This document shows, one piece after another, positions 1 through 10,040 of a stretch of DNA of 64,000 nt. The DNA comes from a virus, in the IMG/VR virus record IMGVR_UViG_3300020428_001187, positions 4,245 through 68,244 of that record; one strand, 5' to 3'. The translations under genes were made by a program, and so were the position numbers. How positions within the stretch are numbered: the stretch's first letter is position 1; every line of letters starts with the position of its first letter. A model generated the notes under the pieces. The model worked only from the letters and a program-made list of their open reading frames with translations. It was not told the DNA's origin and did no database searches.

Positions 1-1044
1 AAAGGTATTTCAAGTAAGCGTCTATGGGAAACTGAAGAATGGAAACAACGTGTAGACTTTGATCAACTCATTGCTAGTACAAAAGAAGATGGTACTGCAC
101 CTGTAAGTATTCCTTACTTTGATTTACGTTTAGGTAACCTATGTCAACTTAAATGCGTTATGTGTAGTCCACATGATAGTTCAAGTTGGATTAAGGAATG
201 GAAACTACAAATGCCACAGTATAAGAATAAAGATCTTATTGCAGATCAAGGTTGGGACGATCAATTTGATTATACTTGGTATAAAAAAGGATCCTTCATA
301 GATACAATGAAGCATCAAGCATTTAATATACAAGAATTATATTTTGCAGGTGGCGAGCCATTGTTAATACCAGAACATTATAAAATATTAGAGTTCATGG
401 TTGACGAAGGATATGCCAAAGACTGTAACTTAAGATATAACTCAAATGGTTTAGAATTGCCAGACAAGTTATTTAAGTTATGGCAACATTTTAAAGAAGT
501 ACGTTTTAACTTTAGCATAGATGCTTACGGAGAACGTAACGATTACATACGTTACCCAAGCAAGTGGTCGGACGTTGAAACTAATTTAAGAAGGCTAGAT
601 GAGAATACAAAGGATAATACAGTTATTAATATTGCCTGTGCAGTACAATTACTAAATGTAGGTTACATAGATGAATTAGCTGAATGGAAAATGGATCAAG
701 GCTTTAGCAAGATTAATCCTTCAATGTTTGGAGGAGGTATTATAGGAACACATTTGGTTTATTTGCCATCATATCTAAATGTACAAGTTTTACCACAGGA
801 AGCAAAACTTTGGATAAAGGGCAAAGTAGAAAACTTCATAGATAGACAGAAGTTTAATTTGGAATTCAACCAGCACCCATATGGTGCTCAACGTTGGAGA
901 GGGTTGATTAAATACATGATGCAGGACGATTGGAGTAATAAGCTACCGGCTTTGCGTGAGTATTTGGCTGTAACTGATAAAACTAGAGGGACTGATTATA
1001 GCAAAACTTTTAAAGAATTAGGAGAATATATTAATGGACATTAA
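1..1044 (+). CDS. Radical SAM protein (5'-truncated by window edge)
   Basis: Frame open from base 1; LRLGNLCQLKCVMC (CxxxCxxC), YFAGGEP, YNSNG, SIDA..YIRYP motifs. Confidence 0.9.
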   Translation, partial: KGISSKRLWETEEWKQRVDFDQLIASTKEDGTAPVSIPYFDLRLGNLCQLKCVMCSPHDSSSWIKEWKLQMPQYKNKDLIADQGWDDQFDYTWYKKGSFIDTMKHQAFNIQELYFAGGEPLLIPEHYKILEFMVDEGYAKDCNLRYNSNGLELPDKLFKLWQHFKEVRFNFSIDAYGERNDYIRYPSKWSDVETNLRRLDENTKDNTVINIACAVQLLNVGYIDELAEWKMDQGFSKINPSMFGGGIIGTHLVYLPSYLNVQVLPQEAKLWIKGKVENFIDRQKFNLEFNQHPYGAQRWRGLIKYMMQDDWSNKLPALREYLAVTDKTRGTDYSKTFKELGEYINGH

Positions 1045-1681
1045 TAGAGCGATGCTATGGAACGGACTTACTAATTTAGGTGATACAGTTAAACTTAAAT
1101 TAAAAGTTGATCCATGGGAATGTGTACGAGATTTAGAACAGTTTAAGGATAACTGGTGCCCGTACAATGTTAAGAAAGATAAAGTTAACAATAGATGGGG
1201 ATTACCTATAACAAGCCATAGTGGTGATGTGATGGATAATTATCATCTGAATAGTTTTGGTCATATGCAACGTTATCATGATGTTGAAATGAAAGAAGAA
1301 AACTTCACAACTCCTACTGAAGTATATCATAAGATGCCTGAACTAGCAAAACTTGTTGATGTATTTTCACCAGACATTGGGCGTGTTCATTTATTACGTG
1401 TTGACCAAGGAGGATTCTTTCCTCCACATAGAGATTGGCCAGGAGCAGATCCAGAATACTTTAGATTGCTTATGGTAATGGGAAATTGTAAACCTGAGAA
1501 CTTTGTTCATATGCTTGACGGTAAGCCTATGTATCCAGATCCAGGATTTTTATATTTTATTAACTTTCAAAAAGATCATAGTGTGTTTAGTTTTAGTGAC
1601 GGGCTATATGCTTTAATTTTAACAGTTAAGTTAAATGAACGTACACACGATCTTATTATAAAACATAGTATGAGTGAGTAA
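1034..1681 (+). CDS. AspH-like 2OG/Fe(II) oxygenase
   Basis: FPPHRD (HxD) and distal H (KDHSV) in a jelly-roll pattern. Confidence 0.75.
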   Translation: MDINRAMLWNGLTNLGDTVKLKLKVDPWECVRDLEQFKDNWCPYNVKKDKVNNRWGLPITSHSGDVMDNYHLNSFGHMQRYHDVEMKEENFTTPTEVYHKMPELAKLVDVFSPDIGRVHLLRVDQGGFFPPHRDWPGADPEYFRLLMVMGNCKPENFVHMLDGKPMYPDPGFLYFINFQKDHSVFSFSDGLYALILTVKLNERTHDLIIKHSMSE

Positions 1682-2619
1682 TGAAACTAGGCTACAAGGA
1701 CATTACAAAGAACGATTGGTTTTTAGTTAGTTGGACACTATCTAATAAATGTAACTATCGTTGTGAGTATTGTCCAGACATACTACATAATGGTAGTACA
1801 GGACAGCCACGTTGGGAAACTGTAGAACGTTTTATAAAAAATTTAAAAGTAAAAAAGGATATTTGTTTTAGAATAAGTGGCGGCGAACCTACATACTGGA
1901 AACATTTTATTGACATGGCCGAATGTGTTAAAGAACAAGGACATAAGTTTTCATTTGTAAGTAACGGTAGTCAAAGTCCGGAATACTTTAAACGTATTGC
2001 TCCTTTCACAGATGCTATGATGTTAAGTTATCATAAAGCATACGCAGACCCAGAGCATTTTATAAAGGTTATTAATGAATCTAAAATTACAACAGTAATT
2101 AATATGATGTTGTTACCAGATGATTTCGATGAAGCATTTAGTATATCAGAAAAAATCTTTAGTAGTACAGCTAACGCAACAATATGGCCAAAGGTAATTG
2201 TTGATAAAACGTATAGCGATAACATTACAAATGAAGTAGTTACTTACACAGACAAACAAAAGGATCTAATAAAAAATTGGCCTTTTACTAGAAAGATTGA
2301 TGATAAAGATGTACACAGAGGAAAGATGCAATTAAAACTTAATGATTGGTTTGAAGATGCTAAAGACGTTGACGCTAATGAACTTATACTAGAAGGCAAG
2401 AATAAGTTTGTAGGTTGGAAATGTTGGGCTGGCATAGATGGTGTCAATATAGATATGTGGGGTAATATGTATAGAGCAGACTGCCAATTCGGAGGAGCAA
2501 TAGGTAACTTGGAAAGATATAAATTGCCTACAGAACCTATAGTTTGTGGTAAGAGTATATGCAGTTGTTTAAGCGACATATACATAAGGAAGGAACAGGA
2601 CGAATGGAAGATAACGTAG
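1681..2619 (+). CDS. Radical SAM protein with C-terminal Cys-rich (twitch/SPASM-like) region
   Basis: CNYRCEYC, ISGGEPT, C-terminal CWAG...C...C.C. Confidence 0.9.
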   Translation: MKLGYKDITKNDWFLVSWTLSNKCNYRCEYCPDILHNGSTGQPRWETVERFIKNLKVKKDICFRISGGEPTYWKHFIDMAECVKEQGHKFSFVSNGSQSPEYFKRIAPFTDAMMLSYHKAYADPEHFIKVINESKITTVINMMLLPDDFDEAFSISEKIFSSTANATIWPKVIVDKTYSDNITNEVVTYTDKQKDLIKNWPFTRKIDDKDVHRGKMQLKLNDWFEDAKDVDANELILEGKNKFVGWKCWAGIDGVNIDMWGNMYRADCQFGGAIGNLERYKLPTEPIVCGKSICSCLSDIYIRKEQDEWKIT

Positions 2620-2801
2620 CACTTGCTGAAGGAATGAATCAAATCTGGAACTGGCTCTGCGGTGTCTGTGGTTGGAGAGGTGTAGCACAGGATCTAGCAA
2701 CAGATGATAACACAGATGAATGGTGGGTATGTCCTAAATGCAATAGCACAAATATTCAAGACATAGGTTGGCATAAAGGAAATAACAAACATCATGAGTA
2801 G
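2604..2801 (+). CDS. Small zinc-ribbon protein
   Basis: CGVCGW...CPKCNS; ATG at 2604 follows AGGA. Confidence 0.6.
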   Translation: MEDNVALAEGMNQIWNWLCGVCGWRGVAQDLATDDNTDEWWVCPKCNSTNIQDIGWHKGNNKHHE

Positions 2802-3348
2802 AATATTAGTAACAGGAAATCCTAACTATGAAGGTTTATGCAAAGGTATTTACGAAGCATACAATAACAATAGGGTAGAATTCATAGGACGTCATAATGG
2901 CTGGGATATGAATGACGCAGAAAAAGTTGCCAACCATGCGAAAGACTTTGATGTATTTGTAAACAGCTTGTATGGTCCAGATGGACAACAGAATAGAATA
3001 CTAGAAGAAGTTTATAAAAAGTTTGAAAGAGGACACATAATAAACATAAGCAGTACTAGTTCTTATTGGGAATCAGGTTATAGTCCTCAAAATTACATTG
3101 ACAATAAAACATTATTAGACGGGTTGAGTAAGAAAATGAGTAATGATAGTTGTTGGGGTAACAGCGAAATAAAAGTTAGTAATATAGCATTTGGACAATT
3201 AAGTTCACAGAGTCAAAAAGAAAGAAAAGACAATAGGAATAAGATTAGTTTACAACAAGCTGGACAGTTTGTTAAGTGGGTAATTGATAGTCCTACAGAT
3301 ATTAATATTCATTATATGGCAATGGATCCTATACAAAAAGATCAGTAA
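2794..3348 (+). CDS. Short SDR-like Rossmann oxidoreductase
   Basis: ILVTG, DVFVNS, IINISS, YxxxK (YIDNK). Confidence 0.75.
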   Translation: MSRILVTGNPNYEGLCKGIYEAYNNNRVEFIGRHNGWDMNDAEKVANHAKDFDVFVNSLYGPDGQQNRILEEVYKKFERGHIINISSTSSYWESGYSPQNYIDNKTLLDGLSKKMSNDSCWGNSEIKVSNIAFGQLSSQSQKERKDNRNKISLQQAGQFVKWVIDSPTDINIHYMAMDPIQKDQ

Positions 3349-4447
3349 GTTCCGGACAATGATCTAAAACATTTGTATCTCTAATTTTATCTAAATCTTT
3401 AGTATAGTTTACAAACGTATCTAATAGTTTACTATCGTTATTTGTATAGTTTATATTAGGAAATCTAAAATCAATCTTATCAAGTATCTTATTAGGTAAA
3501 ACTCTTGGATTCAAATATGCAGGAGTGGCTACTACATTATTAAAATATATTTCCCAGTTGTCTTTTTTATTTTCTTCAAACCACCAATGTATTTTATCTA
3601 AGTGTGAGATATTATATGCCATCACAGTTACAGCAATAATGATCCTATCAAAGTCATATTGTTTTAGATTTTCATTGAGCTGTTCAAATGTAAAGTTCTT
3701 ACCACCTCTAATGTATTCGTATAAGCTACCAGTACCTTCTAAACTTACTGTCCATTTAGTTTCGCCAAAGTGTCTAGCAAGTTCCTGTACTTCTTCATCA
3801 ACGATCGTACCATTCGTTGTCCAGTCAAGTGTAACATTTTTTGCAACTCCTAAGTCAATAAACTTCTGCAATATCTTTTTGTTTGCAGGTTCCATGTAAG
3901 GTTCTCCACCTTTAATACTTAGATAACGTAAGTTCATAAATGGTGTAGGATCCTCAAATAATCTTTGAATAATTTCTTCACTTTTATTAGTATAACCAAA
4001 TTCAGGATGATCTACTGGGCGTTGGTAGTCTGCTGATATTTCAGCTAATTTCTTTTCTTCTTTGACCCAAGCACTTGAACTAATACCATTACACATACGG
4101 CATTTTAGGTTACAGATATTACTCATATTAAACTCCAAAAATAGTATGTCTGTGAAGTTTTTGGAGTAATCGTACTCCTTGTTTTCAACCATTGGATTAA
4201 GTATATCACGGAAGAATAAACGCCTACTATGACCCACAGATTCTTCTTTTAAAGCACATTGTTCGCACTCGGGTGGTAGTTGACCCATACGCAAAGAATC
4301 TTTAGTGTGCGTTGCTGTATAGCTGTTTAAGACGTCATTTAAAGACGATTTAAGCACGTTTCCATAGCGAGCCTTGTATACTCCGTCCGGTACTATATCA
4401 CCGTTAAAACGTACCAAAATACTATGCCATGGTGCTAGACATTTCAT
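3329..4447 (-). CDS. Radical SAM protein with N-terminal twitch-like domain
   Basis: N-terminal CLAPW...CEQC; CNLKCRMC; IKGGEP; TTNGT. Confidence 0.9.
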   Translation of the reverse strand: MKCLAPWHSILVRFNGDIVPDGVYKARYGNVLKSSLNDVLNSYTATHTKDSLRMGQLPPECEQCALKEESVGHSRRLFFRDILNPMVENKEYDYSKNFTDILFLEFNMSNICNLKCRMCNGISSSAWVKEEKKLAEISADYQRPVDHPEFGYTNKSEEIIQRLFEDPTPFMNLRYLSIKGGEPYMEPANKKILQKFIDLGVAKNVTLDWTTNGTIVDEEVQELARHFGETKWTVSLEGTGSLYEYIRGGKNFTFEQLNENLKQYDFDRIIIAVTVMAYNISHLDKIHWWFEENKKDNWEIYFNNVVATPAYLNPRVLPNKILDKIDFRFPNINYTNNDSKLLDTFVNYTKDLDKIRDTNVLDHCPELTDLFV

Positions 4448-5583
4448 ATTTTGGTAACCTCATGTATCCTTAACCATTCATCTATTGTAACCAAACTATG
4501 GGTATTATCAATTGTGTTGAAAACCAAGGTATAAAGTTTTTCTTTATATATAATAGGTCTTCCAAACAACTTTGAGTTGTCCGTTTTTGTTGCATGAAAC
4601 GTACCATCTGTTGCTACACTTATAATAGGTAAGCCTGGAGTTCCACTAGGCAAAAATATTGCTCTGCCTTTATATGCAATACCGCATTTAAATCTGTACT
4701 TGCCACCGTAGCCTATTTCAATATCAAAAGGTCTACTCTGTTTTGTTACTGTATCAAACACAACACCGTACTTACTTTCAAAGTCATCTCCGTCACCATA
4801 TGGTACACCAATAATAGTTTCGTCAACTAACACTTGAGCATTATATTTTTTAGCAAAGTCTGGAACGTTTAGTTCGTGTGTAGATACACTATTGTATTCT
4901 GTATTAAATTCTACAACCTGAGTAAGTCCTGCTGTTTCACCATATGGTAAACTGTATAACGTATCTCCTACTGGAATTAAATCTGTAAACTTTCTACTTA
5001 AAGTATGGTCAACAGGTATTGGATACTTCTCTATATCCTTGCCGTCATAACTTACTAATACATTATAGTTTCTAAAGTCACCTCTAGGCATACTCCAATA
5101 TCTTCCATTACAGTATGCAGTACCCATATGACTCTTTCTCATTTCAGCATCAAAGTCTTGTGTATGCAATCCTTTTTCATCAATGTATAGTAAAAAAGAT
5201 GTGTTAGAAGTTCCTAAAGGAAAACTACAAGCAGTAGTTCCGTTAGAAGCACAACCATAAAATTGTCCCATACCGCCTTTGTCTAGTGTATGGTATATAG
5301 GTGTAGTACCTTTTAACTCTACTACTGTTCTAAACTCGTCCCAATAGCCATATGGAATTAACCAAGTGCTATCATTAACTCTTGCAGTAGCATTAATTTT
5401 ACTTGTAACAGGAGGTAAATCTAAATCTATATAGGAAACGGAATCCCCAAAAACTGCCACCTTACTATAATCTTTACAAAGCTCAGTTGCAAAGGGTGGA
5501 GATATTAATTCACCATCATGCTCTGCTAATAACAAATGCTTAATGTCTAGTTCTCTATAATGATCTTCAAATGCTTTATACAT
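4444..5583 (-). CDS. Repeat (probable beta-propeller) protein
   Basis: About 7 repeats of a hydrophobic-P-[YFRL]-G motif (LIPYG, SMPRG, SLPYG, GVPYG); paralogue of the neighbouring gene. Confidence 0.6.
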   Translation of the reverse strand: MYKAFEDHYRELDIKHLLLAEHDGELISPPFATELCKDYSKVAVFGDSVSYIDLDLPPVTSKINATARVNDSTWLIPYGYWDEFRTVVELKGTTPIYHTLDKGGMGQFYGCASNGTTACSFPLGTSNTSFLLYIDEKGLHTQDFDAEMRKSHMGTAYCNGRYWSMPRGDFRNYNVLVSYDGKDIEKYPIPVDHTLSRKFTDLIPVGDTLYSLPYGETAGLTQVVEFNTEYNSVSTHELNVPDFAKKYNAQVLVDETIIGVPYGDGDDFESKYGVVFDTVTKQSRPFDIEIGYGGKYRFKCGIAYKGRAIFLPSGTPGLPIISVATDGTFHATKTDNSKLFGRPIIYKEKLYTLVFNTIDNTHSLVTIDEWLRIHEVTKI

Positions 5584-6808
5584 CTCTTAAATCCATTGTT
5601 CTTGCTTTCTCTGTAAGAGTATCAAATATTAAAAGTTTATGAAAGTCTTTAGATTGTCCGTAAGGGAAAGCATATATTACGTCATCTAAAATTACGCACT
5701 TATTATATTTTTCAATACTTGTATCATCTTTAAATAATTTGCTTACATCTATTGTAGTAAACTCTTCTGTTCTAATATCTAGTTTAAGTATTTCTGTTAA
5801 GTCACCTTGGCTTTTCCAAGTACTTTCAGGTTCGCATACGCAACCACCTCTTGGCATAAAGTAAAGATATCCTTTACTGTTTTCAACACCTGCAAAGAAT
5901 TTTTTACTTTCTTTTCCTATACCTAAATTAACTGTGTGCCAATACGTATCATGACCGTTATCTGCTGAAGGGTCTATAACTAACATTTCACTCCATGTTT
6001 CTTCGTGTCCTGCTGGAGGGCAAAATATTTTACCATTACTTGCAACACTATGAGCAAAGTATGTTCTGCTTGTTTCTTTAATACCTGTACGTTCAGTAAT
6101 CCATTTACCATCAACAAATTTAGTTAATACATCAAAGTTAGGGTTTTCACTATAAGGCGGAGCATATAACCTATTGCCAACCTTAGCCATTGTAGTATAC
6201 TTTTTATTATTAAAGCCATCGTGTTCATAGTCTTCCCATTCAGGTAGCATATCTGTTAATTCATATTCTTCATTACTACAATCAAATTCTATTCTATAAT
6301 TAAAGCTATTATCTAAACTTTCACCTCTAGGTAACCCATATATAATTCCATCTATTATTTGTGTAGTATGCCATTTCTTACAATCGTTAGTAGGTAACTT
6401 TAATTTTTCTTGGTCTGGATACATATAAGGTAAAGCTAAATTTAATACGTAGTCATATGGTTCGTGTTCACCGTAAGGTAAAGCGAATAAATTATCTCCG
6501 TGTATGTGACCTTGTATATATTTTCCTTTTCCTTTTTCTACTTCACTATACTCTACACTATCATCGTCTGTATCTATAATAAGAATATTATCTTCGTTAT
6601 AAGGTAGCACAATAATTTTGTTTCTCCAAGCAGTTCCCCATATCCATTTTTCTGTGCAATCACTAACGTCTAATTTAATTCTTGTAAATGTTTCGTCTTT
6701 AGGATTAAACTTTAACATATAGTCAATAGACTCTGTCAGACCAAATGGTGGAATATAAATCATTCCATTGTTTGCTACTATAGGATAACTAAATGCTTGT
6801 GGGGTCAT
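5576..6808 (-). CDS. Repeat (probable beta-propeller) protein
   Basis: About 8 repeats: IYIPPFG, LFALPYG, IYGLPRG, LYAPPYS, IFCPPAG, LYFMPRG, IYAFPYG; ATG 6808 after GGAGG. Confidence 0.65.
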   Translation of the reverse strand: MTPQAFSYPIVANNGMIYIPPFGLTESIDYMLKFNPKDETFTRIKLDVSDCTEKWIWGTAWRNKIIVLPYNEDNILIIDTDDDSVEYSEVEKGKGKYIQGHIHGDNLFALPYGEHEPYDYVLNLALPYMYPDQEKLKLPTNDCKKWHTTQIIDGIIYGLPRGESLDNSFNYRIEFDCSNEEYELTDMLPEWEDYEHDGFNNKKYTTMAKVGNRLYAPPYSENPNFDVLTKFVDGKWITERTGIKETSRTYFAHSVASNGKIFCPPAGHEETWSEMLVIDPSADNGHDTYWHTVNLGIGKESKKFFAGVENSKGYLYFMPRGGCVCEPESTWKSQGDLTEILKLDIRTEEFTTIDVSKLFKDDTSIEKYNKCVILDDVIYAFPYGQSKDFHKLLIFDTLTEKARTMDLRDV

Positions 6809-7244
6809 AAGAACCTCCAAATGCAGATTTTAAATCTTTTTCTATCTTGGTGTTAATCTCTTCAGGGGAATAAATGCCTACGTTATCCCAATCAACTAGA
6901 TAAGTGTTATCTCCGTCAATCATTATATTACTTAATACCCAATCGTAGTGTGCATAAGGCAATGTTTGTTCAAGTGTCTCATGACAGAAATCGTGTATTC
7001 TTTTTATAAACTGAGGAGTGTGTGCGAATGTATTTGCAGGAGTGCCTGGCACAATATGATAGTCTATGTACATACTGTTTTCTGTCTTGCCATAATCTAA
7101 AACATATCCAGGAATAACATCTTCAAGTATAGTTACGTGTTCTTCTAAACGATCCATATCTATATCATACCAAACTTTACGATATCTATCTTCAAGTTTA
7201 TAAACTTCTCTATTCTTTTCTAAATTTTTCTTAATCAAGTCCAT
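6789..7244 (-). CDS. Small APH/choline-kinase-like phosphotransferase
   Basis: HYDWVLSNIM (HxDxxxxN) and LVDWD motifs. Confidence 0.7.
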   Translation of the reverse strand: MDLIKKNLEKNREVYKLEDRYRKVWYDIDMDRLEEHVTILEDVIPGYVLDYGKTENSMYIDYHIVPGTPANTFAHTPQFIKRIHDFCHETLEQTLPYAHYDWVLSNIMIDGDNTYLVDWDNVGIYSPEEINTKIEKDLKSAFGGSYDPTSI

Positions 7245-8301
7245 AGGCTTTTGCTACCTCTGGTAGGTAATCTTTAATATGCATACCTCTCCAGTTATCT
7301 AATTTTGTTATATATTCTCTAAACTTATCTTGCCATTCAGGGTCAGCATCAACGTCAGCCCACTTGGCAATGTTTCCTGTAAACTTTTTCTTTAATTCGT
7401 CTGGTGCATTTTTTACGTGTAACCAATAAGGAGTTATTAGTAAGTTATCATAAATTTTAAAACGATTCTTTGCACAATACTCTCTTATTTCGTCATCGTA
7501 TATTGCATTTAATACACTGGTAGTTGGAGTAACATCTACAGTACAAAATTCTGCATACCTTTGTGTATTTTCTGATATAATATCCCAATCACTTCCGTGT
7601 CTAATATAATCTATTTTATGATCTACCGCATCAATACTCATACTCATAATTACTGTACGGAACTTTTTTAATATCTTTGATACTTTAGGGTTCCATAATG
7701 TTCCATTAGTATTAAATCTTACACATACAGTAGGGTCTAGTCTATCTAAAAAGCCAGGTAAGTGTTTAACCATCATTGGTTCTCCACCTGTTAAGTAAAC
7801 TTCTTTCATATCAGGTAAGTTTTCAAAGTGTTTTAATGTTTCCTCAGTAACCCAATTAAAGTTAGGCTCATCTAGTAAAGGCATATGAAGTGGTTGTACT
7901 CCTGCTTTCTGCATAGCAATAGCCTCTTCGGCTAAACTACTACTAGATAAATGGAAACAACTAATACATTTTAAGTTACAACTATTACCAAATCGAAGAT
8001 CCCAATGCGAAAGTCCTGGGCCAAAGTGATTTCTAACGTATCTAGTACCATCTTCTTTAACTTTAGTACGCATACTCTCTAAACCTTTTTCTTCTGCTTC
8101 TTGACATTTAATACAAGCATCAGGCCATTCGTCACGATCTAATTGTTCACGTACACCTTTATGGAAATCACTATCGTGCCATTGTTGTGGTGTATGAGTG
8201 TATATGGTTTCTTTGTTATCTTTTTCAAAGCTAGTACAACATAAACGATATTGACCGTCTGATCTTGTACAAATTTGATGTTCTAAATACTTACATTTCA
8301 C
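7231..8301 (-). CDS. Radical SAM protein with N-terminal twitch-like domain
   Basis: N-terminal C...CC...CIKC; CNLKCISC; LTGGEP; NTNGT. Confidence 0.9.
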   Translation of the reverse strand: MKCKYLEHQICTRSDGQYRLCCTSFEKDNKETIYTHTPQQWHDSDFHKGVREQLDRDEWPDACIKCQEAEEKGLESMRTKVKEDGTRYVRNHFGPGLSHWDLRFGNSCNLKCISCFHLSSSSLAEEAIAMQKAGVQPLHMPLLDEPNFNWVTEETLKHFENLPDMKEVYLTGGEPMMVKHLPGFLDRLDPTVCVRFNTNGTLWNPKVSKILKKFRTVIMSMSIDAVDHKIDYIRHGSDWDIISENTQRYAEFCTVDVTPTTSVLNAIYDDEIREYCAKNRFKIYDNLLITPYWLHVKNAPDELKKKFTGNIAKWADVDADPEWQDKFREYITKLDNWRGMHIKDYLPEVAKAYGLD

Positions 8302-9286
8302 CGCAGGTTACCTCACATATTTTAAATCTGTTTTCACTAGGAGTTGTTAGAACATCACTATCTAATATATGTTCTAAAGAATTGTTATTAATGTTAAGCC
8401 AGTTCATATCTGTTACATCTTTTGCGTATATGCTATTAGCATCTTTGGGATATCTTTCAGCTTCTAAATAACAACAAGGAAATACTTCTCCTACATGACT
8501 AATTTGTATCTTCTTTTTCTTTTGCCACTTACAAGTAATATGTCCTTTGTCAAATCCTTCTTTTAATAATCCTTTTACACGATCTACATTATCTAAATGT
8601 TCTTTGTTATATTTAATTGTTCGTGCATCGTCTTTTTTACTTGCCTTAAATTTTTCTATAGCTTCACCTACCACACTATCTATTGCACTAAAGGTATAGC
8701 CACCATTAATATCAAACTTACCGAAGCCCATGGCCTTGCTTAATTGTTCTGCGTCTTTGAGTTGATGTGCATTATGTTCAAATACTATCATACGCCAACG
8801 TGCAAGTCCACCTGCGTCTATAAAACTCTTTGCATTTTCCATAACCTTATGCCATTGTACATTTCTTCTATACAAATGATTAGTATCTTCCAATCCATCT
8901 ATGCTAAAAACTACATGAGTTGGAAAAGGAAAGTCTTTTAAACACTCTGCCAGTTCCGCAAAAAACTTAGGTCCATTCATTCCACCATTGGTATGTATAT
9001 GTATCTCTGGTTTGTTATATTGTTTTAAATAATTTAAACACTCAAAGATATAAGGATTACGTAACGGGTCTCCATAAGACCCATTGAATATAATTTTGTT
9101 AATGTTTTCCAATACTTTTTCAGTAAAAAGGTTCTTCCAAGTAGCAGGTTTCATGTGTTCAAGAGGCATACTAGGATTAACTTGTACTCCACCTATGTTT
9201 CTTGCACAGTTTCCGCACATCGCATTACAATGGCTCGTAAAGTCTACTGTCACCGTATCTATGTCTTTTAATTTCAAGAATGGCAT
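8291..9286 (-). CDS. Radical SAM protein with C-terminal SPASM/twitch
   Basis: CNAMCGNC, GSYGDP, HTNGG, FSIDG, C-terminal PCC...CxxxC; start reassigned to ATG 9286. Confidence 0.9.
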   Translation of the reverse strand: MPFLKLKDIDTVTVDFTSHCNAMCGNCARNIGGVQVNPSMPLEHMKPATWKNLFTEKVLENINKIIFNGSYGDPLRNPYIFECLNYLKQYNKPEIHIHTNGGMNGPKFFAELAECLKDFPFPTHVVFSIDGLEDTNHLYRRNVQWHKVMENAKSFIDAGGLARWRMIVFEHNAHQLKDAEQLSKAMGFGKFDINGGYTFSAIDSVVGEAIEKFKASKKDDARTIKYNKEHLDNVDRVKGLLKEGFDKGHITCKWQKKKKIQISHVGEVFPCCYLEAERYPKDANSIYAKDVTDMNWLNINNNSLEHILDSDVLTTPSENRFKICEVTCGEM

Positions 9287-9290
9287 ACTG

Positions 9291-9298
9291 TATTTAAC
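9291..9298 (-). promoter_or_regulatory. T4-type late promoter (GTTAAATA), 4 nt before ATG
   Basis: TAAATA core directly upstream of the rSAM start; divergent partner at 9331. Confidence 0.55.
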
Positions 9299-9330
9299 GT
9301 CATAAACAGAGTATTTAATGGGGTTGTGGC

Positions 9331-9338
9331 AATAAATA
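9331..9338 (+). promoter_or_regulatory. T4-type late promoter (AATAAATA), leaderless arrangement
   Basis: AATAAATA-TGTGT-ATG(9344), no SD. Confidence 0.65.
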
Positions 9339-9343
9339 TGTGT

Positions 9344-10039
9344 ATGCAAGAACTACACCAATTTCATGATACAAATGGTATAATAAAGACTCAAAAATAT
9401 CCAGAACAGTTCGATCCAAAGTGGATTGTAACGGAAAGTGGATGGCCTTATTTTCGTCTAAGTGCTTTAGATAACCAACCTTGGAAGGGTATGTACCATG
9501 AAGCGGAAAACTTAATAGATTCTTTTCATGAACACAGAGAAGAATACGGAAAAGGGTGGCGTAGTTTAACACTACACGGATTAAATGAAGATACACAGAG
9601 CCTTGACAGCTATGGAGATAGACAAGACTCTATCAAACAGTTAGATTGGACCTGGGTAGCTGATAAATGTCCTGAAACTAAAAAGTTTTTAACTGATGTT
9701 TGGCCAGCAGAGTATCTAAACCGTGTGCGTTTCATGTTGCTTGAACCAGGTGGATATATATTACCACATCAAGACAGAGATGATTCAGAAAAACGTTTAA
9801 GTGTTTGCAATATTAGTTTAAACAATCCAGAAGGTTGTGATTTTGTTTTTAAAGATCATGGTAAAGTTCCTTTTGAAGATCAAGGTAGTGCGTTCTTAAT
9901 GGATATTAGTAACGTTCATAGTGTATGGAATAGAAGTGATAAGCCACGCATACATATGATTATACATTATGAGTTAGGAAGACGTATTAGAGATTTCTTT
10001 TATGTGTTAAGACAAAGTTATTTCACCAATAGGGGTTAA
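9344..10039 (+). CDS. AspH-like 2OG/Fe(II) oxygenase
   Basis: RVRFMLLEPGGYILPHQD, HSVWN, RIH. Confidence 0.85.
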   Translation: MQELHQFHDTNGIIKTQKYPEQFDPKWIVTESGWPYFRLSALDNQPWKGMYHEAENLIDSFHEHREEYGKGWRSLTLHGLNEDTQSLDSYGDRQDSIKQLDWTWVADKCPETKKFLTDVWPAEYLNRVRFMLLEPGGYILPHQDRDDSEKRLSVCNISLNNPEGCDFVFKDHGKVPFEDQGSAFLMDISNVHSVWNRSDKPRIHMIIHYELGRRIRDFFYVLRQSYFTNRG

Positions 10040-10040
10040 T

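Noticed and set aside
2604-2801. RiPP precursor peptide for the radical SAM cluster
   Set aside because: Its two CxxC pairs fit a zinc ribbon; no leader/core pattern visible
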